Positions 39,436 through 49,889 of a stretch of DNA of 64,000 bases are shown one piece after another. The stretch comes from an uncultured Christensenella sp. (GTDB taxonomy: Bacteria > Bacillota > Clostridia > Christensenellales > Borkfalkiaceae), in contig CAJTNY010000006.1 of assembly GCA_910577875.1 (NCBI GenBank), positions 397 to 64,396 of the forward strand, in the 5' to 3' direction. The translations under genes were made by a program, and so were the position numbers. The stretch's first letter is position 1. The number at the start of each line of letters is the position of its first letter. The notes beneath the pieces were generated by a model, which had not been told where the DNA came from, did no database searches, and saw only the letters and a program-made list of their open reading frames with translations.

Positions 39436-40562
39436 TGATTTATCTTGATAATGCGGCGACCACAAAGCCTGTCGAACAATGCGTCAAAAATGCAGAAAGA
39501 TACCTTTTAAGGGAATATTATAACCCTTCCGCATTGTATGCGGAAGGTTATAATTTGAACCTTGAATTAAAAGAAGCAAGGCGAAAAATTTTATCGTTTA
39601 TAGCGGACGAAAATAATTTTTCGCTTAATTTTACTTCAAGCGGAACAGAAGCGGATAATCAGGCTGTATTTTGCGGAGGCAAGAGAGGCAATATCGTGAC
39701 TACTCTCGGCGAACATTCTGCAGTCTATTCGGCGGCTGAGGAGCTTAAACAGAGAGGAACAGAAGTAAGATTTGCAAACCTTAACTCTGACGGAAGTGTA
39801 AATACAAAGCATTTATTAAGTCTTATCGACGAAAAAACATCTTTGGTTTCCGTTATTCATGTAAATAATGAAACTGGCGCGATAAACGATATTTTTAAAA
39901 TTGCAGAAGAGGTAAAAATTAAAAATAAATATGCGCTCTTTCATTCCGATGGCGTACAGGCTTTCGGTAAGTTTTCGTTTAAACTTACGAAAAATATTGA
40001 CTTATACTCGGTAAGTGCGCACAAAATCGGCGGAGTAAAAGGTTGCGGAGCATTAATCAGGAGAAAAAATCTTGTAATAAAACCTTTTATATTCGGCGGG
40101 GGACAGGAAAATGGATTCCGAAGCGGAACCGAAAACGTGTTTGCAATAAAGTGCTTTGAAATGGCGGCGGAAATTGCATTTGAAGATATAAACGTTTCAC
40201 GCGAAAAAGTCAAAAAATTAAACGTTGCTATGCGTTCCCTTTTGGATAATGAAGTTTTCAGAATACTTTCCTATGATGATGCTTCGCCATATATTCTTGC
40301 AGTATCCGCGGCGGGATTACGCGGAGAGACGGTTCTTCACGAAGCCGATGACAACGGTCTTATAATCGGAACGGGTTCTGCGTGTTCTTCAAATGCGAAG
40401 AAACGTTTTTCCCGTGTTATTTTGGCTTGCGGGGCTGATAAACAGACTGCCGACGGAGTCCTAAGATTAAGTTTTTCTTCGGAAAACACGATTGACGAAG
40501 TTAAAACCGCCGCGGAAATTTTAAATAAAATAGTAAAAAACAGATTAAATATAATGGCGTAG
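39435..40562 (+). CDS. Cysteine desulfurase (NifS/IscS-like, class V aminotransferase)
   Basis: YLDNAATT N-terminus, PLP lysine in SVSAHKIGG, active-site GSACSS. ATG overlaps the carB stop (TAATG). Confidence 0.88.
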   Translation: MIYLDNAATTKPVEQCVKNAERYLLREYYNPSALYAEGYNLNLELKEARRKILSFIADENNFSLNFTSSGTEADNQAVFCGGKRGNIVTTLGEHSAVYSAAEELKQRGTEVRFANLNSDGSVNTKHLLSLIDEKTSLVSVIHVNNETGAINDIFKIAEEVKIKNKYALFHSDGVQAFGKFSFKLTKNIDLYSVSAHKIGGVKGCGALIRRKNLVIKPFIFGGGQENGFRSGTENVFAIKCFEMAAEIAFEDINVSREKVKKLNVAMRSLLDNEVFRILSYDDASPYILAVSAAGLRGETVLHEADDNGLIIGTGSACSSNAKKRFSRVILACGADKQTADGVLRLSFSSENTIDEVKTAAEILNKIVKNRLNIMA

Positions 40563-40563
40563 T

Positions 40564-41718
40564 ATGGAAAAAGTAATTATAATCAGATATGCTGAAATAC
40601 ATTTAAAAGGCAAAAACAGAGGCTGGTTTGAGCGCGTATTTGTTGTTAATATAGAAAAGAGTCTTAAAGGACTAAAACACGAAATCCGTCGTCACAGCGG
40701 AAGGTATTTAATTGAAAATTTCGAAGATAGCGAAACTGAAATAATTCTTGAAAGATTGAAAAGAGTTTTCGGAATACATTCTTACAGCGTTTCTTTAAAA
40801 GTTTGTACAGATATGGACGCCGTATTCAATGCGGCGAAAAGTGTATGTGCGGCGGAAGGTAAGTTTAAAGTAAATACTCATAGGGCTGATAAAAATTTTC
40901 CTTTAAATTCAATGCAGATTAGTGCGGAAATCGGCGGACGTCTTTTAGACGTTAACAGTAAAATTAAAGTCGATGTGCACAATCCGGATTTCATAATCAA
41001 TATAGATTTGCGTGAAAACGGAACTGCACTTGTATTTAACGAGTTTTTTAAAGGTGCGGGCGGTATGCCTGTCGGCACTTCCGGAAAAGGAATGCTCCTT
41101 ATTTCCGGCGGAATTGACAGCCCTGTAGCGGGGCATATGATTGCAAAGCGCGGTATGAGTATTGATTGTGTTCATTTTCATAGTTATCCCTATACGAATA
41201 TGCAGGCGCGTGAAAAGGTAATAGAGCTTACCAAACATCTTTCTTCTTATACTTGCGGCTCAAAATTGAACATTGTTTCGGTTACGCAAATACAAGAGGA
41301 AATTCATAAAAAATGCAACGGCGATTATATGGTAACTTTATTAAGGCGATTTATGATGCGCATTGCGGAAAGAATAGCAATAGACAGCGGTGCGCAATGT
41401 CTGATTACCGGTGAGAGTCTGGCACAGGTGGCTAGTCAGACTGTGGAGGGAATGACTTCGGCAAGCAGCGTTCTTAAAACGCTTACGGTTCTTCGTCCGT
41501 TATGTGGATTCGATAAAGATGAAATAATTGAACGGAGCAGGGCGATAGGCACTTATGAAACTTCCATAGAGCCTTACGAAGATTGCTGTACTGTATTTTT
41601 GCCGAAACATCCTGTAACCCGTCCAAAACTTTGCGATGTGATAGCGGAAGAGGAGAAGCTAAATGTAAACGCACTTGTTGATGAAGCTTTGAAAACTCTC
41701 GAAACTTTAATATTATAA
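40564..41718 (+). CDS. thiI: tRNA 4-thiouridine synthase ThiI
   Basis: N-terminal ferredoxin-like/THUMP region and PP-loop SGGIDSPVAG. Paired with a cysteine desulfurase. Confidence 0.9.
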   Translation: MEKVIIIRYAEIHLKGKNRGWFERVFVVNIEKSLKGLKHEIRRHSGRYLIENFEDSETEIILERLKRVFGIHSYSVSLKVCTDMDAVFNAAKSVCAAEGKFKVNTHRADKNFPLNSMQISAEIGGRLLDVNSKIKVDVHNPDFIINIDLRENGTALVFNEFFKGAGGMPVGTSGKGMLLISGGIDSPVAGHMIAKRGMSIDCVHFHSYPYTNMQAREKVIELTKHLSSYTCGSKLNIVSVTQIQEEIHKKCNGDYMVTLLRRFMMRIAERIAIDSGAQCLITGESLAQVASQTVEGMTSASSVLKTLTVLRPLCGFDKDEIIERSRAIGTYETSIEPYEDCCTVFLPKHPVTRPKLCDVIAEEEKLNVNALVDEALKTLETLIL

Positions 41719-41747
41719 AAAAAGCACCGAAATTTCGGTGCTTTTTA
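41717..41747. terminator. Bidirectional terminator between thiI and the PBP1A gene
   Basis: AAAAAGCACCGAA-at-TTCGGTGCTTTTT. Confidence 0.7.
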
Positions 41748-41749
41748 AT

Positions 41750-43975
41750 TTATTGATTATACCAATCTTTATGCGCAATATCCGGAATTTTTATCTGCGT
41801 GTCTGAACCGTTTTTATTCATATTTACCGCAGGTAGTAGAATTTCTTCGCCGAAATATTTATTTTTGCCGTCATCAAAATAAGGTATTACTGAATAAACG
41901 TAAACTCCGTAACCGGGTTTATCTGTTACAAATTTTTGCCATTTACCGTCAAAAATTGTTATAATTTGATTATTATCAACCCTATTTACAATATATGAGT
42001 AGTACTTTGTCTGGCATAATTCAATATTTACTGCTCTGTCTGTAACAGAAATAGACGGTGCGGATATAACGGGTTTACTGAATCTTTCTGACTGTTCGTA
42101 ATGTTTGCCGTCTTTTAATGTTTTGACGGTTAAAATATTTAATTTAGGACATACGGGGTCTGCAAGTACGATTTTGTTGTTTTGTAAATATTCTTCGCAG
42201 TCTATATTTATTGCTTCGGTACCTGCTTGTGTGTTTAGATTTTTAGGAGTATGGTTTTCATATAGTGACTGAATAATCGGTTTGATAATTTTACAGCAGT
42301 CGTTTCCTCCGGTAATATTGCTTCTTTTATTGTCTTTATCGCCGAGCCAAACGGTTATACAGTGTTCGCTTGTATAACTTACCGCATAGGCGTCTGTGTT
42401 GCCTTCCGCATTTCCGCAAGTCCCGGTTTTAGAGGCAATGTCGAAATTAAAATCTTTGAGTTTTCTTGCTGTGCCGTCTTTGGTTGTTTCCAAGAGTATA
42501 TCGTTAATCAGTGAGCATGTGCCGACGGAAAATACGCTGTTGAATGCGTAGTCGTCTTTATATAGTATTTTGCCTTCTTTTGAAACGATTTCTTTAACGT
42601 AATGCGAAGGGCGGTAATGTCCTCCGTTAGGGAATATAGAATATTTATCTGCTATTTCTTTTATGCTCAGACCGTATTTCATACCGCCGAGTGCGAGTGA
42701 AAGATTTTTTTCACCGTCTTCGAGTTTAACGTCCATGGCGGTAAGATAATTTTCGCATTTATCAACGGTGAGGGAATTCAGAGTTTTTACAGCGGGTACG
42801 TTATAGCTGTTTTTTATGCATTCCGTTACCGTGACATAGCCGTGATATTTTTTATCGAAATTTTCAGGTGAATAACCGTTAAAATCGACTTTTTCATCAA
42901 AAATTTTCGTAAACGGGCTTATGTTTTTTTCTTCTATGGCGGGTGCGTAAACGAAAATGGGTTTAACAGTGGAGCCCGGTTGTCTTTTTGCTCCGTTTAT
43001 TGTGGTTTTGTAAGCTTTGACACCGCCTGAAACGTTATCTGTTATAATTACTGCGTTGTCGCAAGGGTATTCGTAAGTTTCTATTAAATTTTGAATTTCT
43101 GTATCTAAATACGTTTTTATTATACACCCGTCGGCTAATGCGTAGTAATTGAAATCAATTTCCGAGAGTTCTTCGAATACGGCGTTTATATAAGAATCGT
43201 ATCTGTTTTCGGCTGTTGATTTAACGGTGTTTAACGGCGAGTTTACGGCCTCGTTATAAACGCTTTCGTATATATAACCGCAGTCAAACATACTTTTTAA
43301 TACCAAGTTTCTGCGCTTGAGGCTTTTTTCGGGGTTTTTAAACGGTGAATAATTATTCGGAGATGAAAGCAGTCCGACGATTGTCGCGCTTTCTGTAAGG
43401 GAGAGATTTTCTGCTTTTTTGTTGAAGTAAAATTCCGACGCGCTTTGTAGGCCGTAGCAATTGTGTCCGAAATAAATTGTGTTCAGATACATTTCCAGAA
43501 TTTCTTTTTTGTCGTATCTTTTTTCAAGCTGTTTGGTTAGTTTGATTTCGTTAAGTTTTCTTTTTATCGTTTTATCATTCGAAAGGTGCGTGTTTTTTAT
43601 TAGTTGCTGGCTGATTGTGGAAGCGCCTTCCTTGAACGAGCGCGAAACTATGTTTTTATACAAAGCTTTGAGCATACGTTTATAATTTAATCCGTTATGC
43701 GTGAAAAACGTTCTGTCTTCGGATGCAATAAATGCGTTTACCGTGTGTTCCTGCAAATTACTTACGGAAACGCTTTTTTTCTGGGCGTTAAGTGATGCGC
43801 TTATTACGTCGTTGCCATTGTTGTCGTAGATTACAACGTTTTGTCCTGAACCCGTAAGTTTATCGGCGTTGAGTTTAGCGTCTTTTGTAATTGCCGCATA
43901 AGTAAAAAAAAGTATAGCAATTAACATTAAAATACTTAAAAATATTATTAAAAGAATTTTCAAAAATTTTGTCAT
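41750..43975 (-). CDS. Class A penicillin-binding protein (glycosyltransferase plus transpeptidase)
   Basis: N-terminal TM. GT51 motifs EDRTFFTHNG and RKLNEIKL. Transpeptidase motifs STVKP and KTGT. Confidence 0.9.
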   Translation of the reverse strand: MTKFLKILLIIFLSILMLIAILFFTYAAITKDAKLNADKLTGSGQNVVIYDNNGNDVISASLNAQKKSVSVSNLQEHTVNAFIASEDRTFFTHNGLNYKRMLKALYKNIVSRSFKEGASTISQQLIKNTHLSNDKTIKRKLNEIKLTKQLEKRYDKKEILEMYLNTIYFGHNCYGLQSASEFYFNKKAENLSLTESATIVGLLSSPNNYSPFKNPEKSLKRRNLVLKSMFDCGYIYESVYNEAVNSPLNTVKSTAENRYDSYINAVFEELSEIDFNYYALADGCIIKTYLDTEIQNLIETYEYPCDNAVIITDNVSGGVKAYKTTINGAKRQPGSTVKPIFVYAPAIEEKNISPFTKIFDEKVDFNGYSPENFDKKYHGYVTVTECIKNSYNVPAVKTLNSLTVDKCENYLTAMDVKLEDGEKNLSLALGGMKYGLSIKEIADKYSIFPNGGHYRPSHYVKEIVSKEGKILYKDDYAFNSVFSVGTCSLINDILLETTKDGTARKLKDFNFDIASKTGTCGNAEGNTDAYAVSYTSEHCITVWLGDKDNKRSNITGGNDCCKIIKPIIQSLYENHTPKNLNTQAGTEAINIDCEEYLQNNKIVLADPVCPKLNILTVKTLKDGKHYEQSERFSKPVISAPSISVTDRAVNIELCQTKYYSYIVNRVDNNQIITIFDGKWQKFVTDKPGYGVYVYSVIPYFDDGKNKYFGEEILLPAVNMNKNGSDTQIKIPDIAHKDWYNQ

Positions 43976-44017
43976 TAAAAATAGTATTTATAAAAATAAA
44001 TATTTGTTGCAAATCAA

Positions 44018-44046
44018 TTGAAAAAAATCGTAAAAAATTATATAAT
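44018..44046 (+). promoter_or_regulatory. Sigma-A promoter directly abutting the miaB start codon
   Basis: TTGAAA - 17 nt - TATAAT. The -10 ends 9 nt before the ATG at 44056. Confidence 0.55.
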
Positions 44047-44055
44047 CTTTTATAT

Positions 44056-45369
44056 ATGCAAAAATATTATCACATTATAACGTATGGATGTCAGATGAAC
44101 GTCCACGAATCGGAAAAAATAGCGGGAATGCTCAGTGAACTCGGTTATAAGAACTGCCCTGAAATAACTGGGGCTGATATTGTTGTATTTAATACGTGCT
44201 GTATACGCGAGAATGCGGAAAATCACGCTTTCGGCAATATCGGAATGTTAAAAAAACTTAAATCGCAGAAACGCGATTTGATTATCGCTGTCGGTGGATG
44301 TCTTCCGCAGCAGATTGGGAAAGCGGAAGATTTATACGAAAAATTTCCTTATGTCGATATAATTTTCGGTACACATAATCTGCACAAATTAAAAGAATAT
44401 GTGCTGTTAAAGGAAAAGCAGAAAAAAACTGTTATCCGCATTGAAGAAGACGGTGGTTTTATATGTGAAGACGAGAAGCCTTTGAGGACAAGTTATCCCA
44501 ATGCCTGGGTAAATATTACGTACGGCTGCAATAATTTTTGCAGTTATTGCATTGTTCCTTATGTACGCGGACGGGAAAGAAGCAGGAAGTCGGAGAATAT
44601 AATCTCCGAGGTGAAAGAACTTGTTGCAAAAGGATATAAGGAAATAACTTTACTCGGACAGAACGTAAATTCTTACGGAAACGGTACAGACGATTTAAGT
44701 TTCCCTCGGTTGCTTGAAAGAATTGCGGGAATAGACGGAAAGTTCAGATTACGGTTTATGACGAGTCATCCTAAGGATTTTTCTGAAGAACTTGCAAAGG
44801 TAATTTCGGAAAATGCGAAAATTTGCCGTTGCATCCATTTGCCTGTCCAGAGCGGTTCAGACGCCGTTTTAAAGGCTATGAACAGGAAATATACTTCGCA
44901 GGAATATAAAAATAAAATAGACGTCCTTAAAAAGTACATACCGGATTGCGCTGTTACTACCGATTTAATTGTTGGATTTCCGGGTGAAACGGAAGACGAT
45001 TTTGAGAGAACGCTCGAATTGGTAAAATCGATAAATTATTCTTCGGCGTTTACGTTCGTTTATTCTAAACGAGACGGAACGGTTGCTGCGGGCATGCCTG
45101 ATCAGATACCGGAAGAAGTTTCAAAACATAGAATAATTAAACTTGTCGAACTCGTCAATTCTATTACCCGTGAACAGTCTTTAAAATACGTCGGTAAGAC
45201 CGTCGAAATTCTATGTGAAGGTTACGATGAAAAGAAAGATATGTATCTCGGCAGGGATGAATACGGCAGAATGGGATATTTTAAAGGCAATACGGACGTA
45301 ATAGGTAAATTCGTAAATATAAAAATACAAAAGGCAAACGGCGTTTCGCTAGTCGGTGAACGTGTGTAA
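44056..45369 (+). CDS. miaB: tRNA-2-methylthio-N6-dimethylallyladenosine synthase MiaB
   Basis: The MQKYYHIITYGCQMNVHESE start matches MiaB N-termini. Radical-SAM CNNFCSYC. C-terminal TRAM domain. The track start at 43969 overlaps the divergent PBP gene. Confidence 0.9.
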   Translation: MQKYYHIITYGCQMNVHESEKIAGMLSELGYKNCPEITGADIVVFNTCCIRENAENHAFGNIGMLKKLKSQKRDLIIAVGGCLPQQIGKAEDLYEKFPYVDIIFGTHNLHKLKEYVLLKEKQKKTVIRIEEDGGFICEDEKPLRTSYPNAWVNITYGCNNFCSYCIVPYVRGRERSRKSENIISEVKELVAKGYKEITLLGQNVNSYGNGTDDLSFPRLLERIAGIDGKFRLRFMTSHPKDFSEELAKVISENAKICRCIHLPVQSGSDAVLKAMNRKYTSQEYKNKIDVLKKYIPDCAVTTDLIVGFPGETEDDFERTLELVKSINYSSAFTFVYSKRDGTVAAGMPDQIPEEVSKHRIIKLVELVNSITREQSLKYVGKTVEILCEGYDEKKDMYLGRDEYGRMGYFKGNTDVIGKFVNIKIQKANGVSLVGERV

Positions 45370-45378
45370 GGAAGAATT

Positions 45379-47952
45379 ATGGCGCTTTCTAAAATGATGG
45401 AGCATTACCTTTCGGTAAAGGATAAGTATAAAGATTGTATCGTTTTTTACAGACTCGGAGATTTTTACGAGATGTTTTTCGACGACGCCAAGAAGGCTTC
45501 TGTTTTGCTTGATCTGACTCTTACAGGCAGAGATTGCGGACTTAACGAACGCGCACCGATGTGCGGAATTCCTTTTCACGCCGCGGATGCATATATAGCG
45601 AAACTTGTTTCGCTCGGTGAAAAAGTAGCGATTTGTGAACAGCTCGAAGATGCTTCGGTGTCGAAGGGAATGGTTGCTCGAGGGGTTGTCCGCGTAGTTA
45701 CGGCGGGTACGATTACAGACGACGGACATCTCGAAGAGAAGGAGAGTAATTATATTTGCTGTGCTTATAAAAACGGAAACAATGTTGCGCTGGCTTGGGC
45801 GGATATAACGACAGGCGAATTGATTACGGCTGAGTTTTCAGGGGGCGGATGCGTAAAGCAAGCGATTGCGCATATTGCAAAAATTTACGCAAAAGAAATA
45901 ATCTGCAACGATGATATGCTTTTTGCGGCAAAAGACGAACCGGAAGTTTCCCGCGGAGTAATTCCGAGGTTTTCCGATTATCCTGCCTGGGCGTTTAATT
46001 ATCCTGCAGCGGAAAGAGCGCTTTTAGAACAGTTTAATGCAAAAACTATTTCAGCATATCCCGTAGCGGGAAAAGAATACGCGGTGTGCGCGGCAGGTGC
46101 GCTGGTACAGTATCTGAAAGAAACCCAGATGCACTCTCTAAAAAATATCGACGGAATCAAATATCTTAAAGTCGATAATTTTATGCAGTTGGACGGAACG
46201 GCGATAAAAAATCTTGAAATTGTAAAAACGCTCGGCGGCGGAAAGAAATACGGTTCTTTATTGTGGTTGATGGATAAGACAAATACCGCGATGGGGGCAA
46301 GACTTCTTAATAACTGTATTTTATCGCCGTTTGCGCGTAAAGAAGATATAGATTACAGACTTGACGGCGTTGAGGAACTTTATAATTCTACGGTTGTCAG
46401 GCTCGGATTGTCCGATTTATTAAAGGGCGTAAAGGATATTGAAAGACTTACCGGTAAAATAAGCAATAACAATATTTTACCTAAGGACTGTCTTGCTTTG
46501 GCGCAGTCGATATCGGTTGTACCTAATATAAAATTTCAGCTTTCGGGATTTAATTCTGAAATCATATCCGAAGTTTCTGAAAATCTTTATGATTTATCCG
46601 AGGTTGCCGAACTTATTAATAATGCTATTGCGGAAGAACCGCCCGCGCAAATGAAAGACGGCGGATACATTAAAGACGGTTATAGTTCTCAGCTTGACGA
46701 ATTGAGATGTGTAGGTAAAAGCGGAAACAAGTTAATAATCGAAATGGAAGCCCGTGAAAGGGATACGACAGGAATAAGAACGTTGAAGATTAACTATAAC
46801 AGAGTTTTCGGGTATTACATAGAGGTTTCCAAATCATTCAAGGATAAAGTGCCTTTACATTATCAACGCAGACAAACGATTGCGAATGCGGAGCGCTATA
46901 CGACAGAAGAGTTAAAAGAACTTGAAAGTAAAATATTGGGAAGCGAAGAACTCGCAATGAAACTCGAAAATCAGCTTTTCGGGTACGTTAAATCTGTTTT
47001 AACGGAAAATATAAATAAACTCAAGGTTATATCATCGGCGATAGCACAGATAGATTTACTTATAAGTTTTGCTGAAATTGCGAAAACAAATAAATACGTA
47101 AGACCTCAAATAGTTCAAAGTGATAAACCGCTTATTATAAAAGAGGGGCGACATCCGGTTGTTGAGATTATTTCAAAGGAACGCTTTATTGCTAACGATA
47201 CTTTACTCGACGAAGGTGAAAACAGGACTATGATTTTAACCGGTCCGAATATGGCCGGCAAGAGCACTTATATGCGTCAGACCGCTATAATAGCTATAAT
47301 GGCGCATCTCGGAAGTTTTGTTCCCGCAAAGTCTGCTCAGATACCGCTTATCGACAGGGTGTTTACGAGGGTAGGAGCGAGTGATAATTTAATTTCCGAC
47401 CAAAGCACTTTTATGGTCGAAATGATAGAAGTTGCTTCGATTTTGCAAAACGCTTCAAAAAGCAGTTTGCTTATTCTCGATGAGGTTGGCAGGGGTACGA
47501 GTACATATGACGGACTTAGCATAGCCTGGGCGGTTATCGAATATCTTACCGAAAAAATCGGCGCGAAAACGATGTTTGCAACTCATTATCACGAGCTTAC
47601 GGAACTAGAAAGCAGGCTTAACGGAGTTAAAAACTATAAAATTTCAGTTAGAGAAATAAACGGCGGTATAGTATTTTTGCGTAAAATTTTGCGCGGCGGG
47701 GCAAACAGGAGTTTCGGTATAGAGGTGGCTTCGCTTGCCGGTGTGCCCGCTTGCATCACTGATAGGGCAAAAGCTATATTAAAAAGTATTGAAAGCGGTG
47801 ACAGGGAATTTGCGGTGTCATCTGGTGATACGGAAACGGAGAAGTCTCTTTCCGAGGTCGAGAAAATTATAAGCGAAGTCGATATGAATTCTATTTCGCC
47901 TATGCAGGCTTTTTTACTGCTCGGAGACTTGACGGAAAAGGTTAAATTATGA
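45379..47952 (+). CDS. mutS: DNA mismatch repair protein MutS
   Basis: MMEHYLSVKDKY and GDFYEMF mismatch-binding N-terminus. Walker A GPNMAGKST. Confidence 0.96.
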   Translation: MALSKMMEHYLSVKDKYKDCIVFYRLGDFYEMFFDDAKKASVLLDLTLTGRDCGLNERAPMCGIPFHAADAYIAKLVSLGEKVAICEQLEDASVSKGMVARGVVRVVTAGTITDDGHLEEKESNYICCAYKNGNNVALAWADITTGELITAEFSGGGCVKQAIAHIAKIYAKEIICNDDMLFAAKDEPEVSRGVIPRFSDYPAWAFNYPAAERALLEQFNAKTISAYPVAGKEYAVCAAGALVQYLKETQMHSLKNIDGIKYLKVDNFMQLDGTAIKNLEIVKTLGGGKKYGSLLWLMDKTNTAMGARLLNNCILSPFARKEDIDYRLDGVEELYNSTVVRLGLSDLLKGVKDIERLTGKISNNNILPKDCLALAQSISVVPNIKFQLSGFNSEIISEVSENLYDLSEVAELINNAIAEEPPAQMKDGGYIKDGYSSQLDELRCVGKSGNKLIIEMEARERDTTGIRTLKINYNRVFGYYIEVSKSFKDKVPLHYQRRQTIANAERYTTEELKELESKILGSEELAMKLENQLFGYVKSVLTENINKLKVISSAIAQIDLLISFAEIAKTNKYVRPQIVQSDKPLIIKEGRHPVVEIISKERFIANDTLLDEGENRTMILTGPNMAGKSTYMRQTAIIAIMAHLGSFVPAKSAQIPLIDRVFTRVGASDNLISDQSTFMVEMIEVASILQNASKSSLLILDEVGRGTSTYDGLSIAWAVIEYLTEKIGAKTMFATHYHELTELESRLNGVKNYKISVREINGGIVFLRKILRGGANRSFGIEVASLAGVPACITDRAKAILKSIESGDREFAVSSGDTETEKSLSEVEKIISEVDMNSISPMQAFLLLGDLTEKVKL

Positions 47953-49886
47953 GAAAGATAAATATTTTAACTAAAAGCATTTATAATAGGATTGCAGCGG
48001 GCGAAGTAATAGAAAGACCGTATTCCGCAGTTAAAGAACTTATAGAAAACAGTCTTGATGCGGGAGCTACCGAAATTGAAGTTTCAATCGAGCGCGGCGG
48101 TAAACAGCTTATCAAAGTCGCTGATAACGGTTGCGGTATCGAACGCGACGATATGCGCGCGGCTTTCTTTCCTCACGCAACGAGTAAAATTTCTACGGCA
48201 GAGGACCTTGACAATATAAAAACGCTCGGTTTCAGAGGCGAGGCTCTCGCAAGTATTTCCGTAATTTCACGAGTAGAATTGATTTCCGTCACAGACGGTA
48301 ACCCTGCTTATAAAGTAAGCTGCATTGACGGAAACGTCGGCGCGGTCGAACTTGCTGCATTACAGAGAGGTACTCAAATTTGTGTCCGCGATTTGTTTTA
48401 TAATACGCCGGTCAGAGCGAAATTTTTGAAGGCGGATAAAAAGGAAGAGACGGATATAACAAATTTTATAACGAGATACATACTTGGAAACCCATCGGTA
48501 TCTTTCAAATATTTCGTGGACGGAAAATTAACTCTTCAATCTCACGGAGGCGGGCTTGACGAAGCCTTGGCGCAAGTTTACGGTGCAAAAACAATTTCGC
48601 AGTGCTATAAGATAGAGGCGGAAAAAGAAGGAATTAAAATTCACGGTTTTATCGGTAATCAAAACTTTTTTAAACCGAATAAAACTTATCAAAGTTTGTT
48701 TTTAAACGGAAGGTACATAATTAACAATACAATTGCTACGGCGGTTGCGAACGCTTATGCGAGCTATGCTATGAAAAGGCAATACCCGTTTTACGTGCTT
48801 TTCGTTGAAGTTCCTTCCGAGCAGGTTGACGTAAACGTTCATCCCAATAAGGCGGACGTAAGGTTTGTCGATAATCGCCCGATTTTCGGCGCGGTTTATT
48901 CCGTAGTGTCATCGGTTTTGGATGGTACCGCATCCGCGGCTCGGTTTGTTGTCGACAGTATTCGATTGCCCGAAATAAAATCTGTTTCCGATAAAAACAC
49001 GAATAAGATTTACGAATCAAACCGGTCGAGCTTGTCGGTAAAAGATGAGAAGCAAAACGTCGGTTTGGGTGCGGCGCAATTTGATTTCGGATCGGCAAAA
49101 ATCGCGGGTAAACAAGAAGATATAAAAACTGAAGAAAAGAAGATAAAGTATTACGACCCGTTGCGCGATAAACCTATGAACGGATATTTGGAGCAGACGA
49201 AACCGTTTACTCTTACAGTGTCGAACGATACGATGTCGAGCGGATTGGGCGGGGATATAAGAATAGACAAAGCATACGAAAAGCGTAAGTTTGAACAGCA
49301 AATGATTAAATATGAAAAATGTAAGTTTCGAGGCTGTGTTTTTGATACTTATTTGATTTATGAAATTTGTGATACGGTATATCTTATCGACCAGCACGCC
49401 GCGCACGAAAGATTGATTTACGACAGCTTAAAAGAAAAGTTGGCGAATAGGAAAATTAACAGACAAGGCCTTATTATTCCTTATCTGTTCAGTACGAATG
49501 TTCAGGAAACTGAGTTTATCGAAAATAATATTTCTTTGATACGCAGTCTCGGATTTGACTTAAAACCGTTCGGTGTCGGTTCTTTCAGGGTTGACGAAGT
49601 GCCTGCGGATCTGCAGGATATAAATCTCGAAGAGTTTTTCTGCGATTTGATGTCGGATTTAAAAGGGCTTAAAGAAATCAGGCTTGAAGAAATGTTAAAG
49701 GATAAAATAGCAATGACGGCCTGCAAACACGCCGTAAAGGGCGGTATGGCGCTCAGTCAGGATGAGATTGACGCGCTGTTCAAAATGCTTAAAGGAAATA
49801 TGGGATTAAAATGTCCTCACGGCAGGCCTGTGTGCGTCGCTTTAACTAAAAAAGATATTGAGAAAATGTTTAAAAGGATAGTCTGA
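47949..49886 (+). CDS. mutL: DNA mismatch repair protein MutL
   Basis: GHKL ATPase motifs (IAAGEVIERP, ELIENSLDAG, DNGCGI). Endonuclease motif DQHAAHERL in the C-terminal domain. Confidence 0.95.
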   Translation: MRKINILTKSIYNRIAAGEVIERPYSAVKELIENSLDAGATEIEVSIERGGKQLIKVADNGCGIERDDMRAAFFPHATSKISTAEDLDNIKTLGFRGEALASISVISRVELISVTDGNPAYKVSCIDGNVGAVELAALQRGTQICVRDLFYNTPVRAKFLKADKKEETDITNFITRYILGNPSVSFKYFVDGKLTLQSHGGGLDEALAQVYGAKTISQCYKIEAEKEGIKIHGFIGNQNFFKPNKTYQSLFLNGRYIINNTIATAVANAYASYAMKRQYPFYVLFVEVPSEQVDVNVHPNKADVRFVDNRPIFGAVYSVVSSVLDGTASAARFVVDSIRLPEIKSVSDKNTNKIYESNRSSLSVKDEKQNVGLGAAQFDFGSAKIAGKQEDIKTEEKKIKYYDPLRDKPMNGYLEQTKPFTLTVSNDTMSSGLGGDIRIDKAYEKRKFEQQMIKYEKCKFRGCVFDTYLIYEICDTVYLIDQHAAHERLIYDSLKEKLANRKINRQGLIIPYLFSTNVQETEFIENNISLIRSLGFDLKPFGVGSFRVDEVPADLQDINLEEFFCDLMSDLKGLKEIRLEEMLKDKIAMTACKHAVKGGMALSQDEIDALFKMLKGNMGLKCPHGRPVCVALTKKDIEKMFKRIV

Positions 49887-49889
49887 CTT

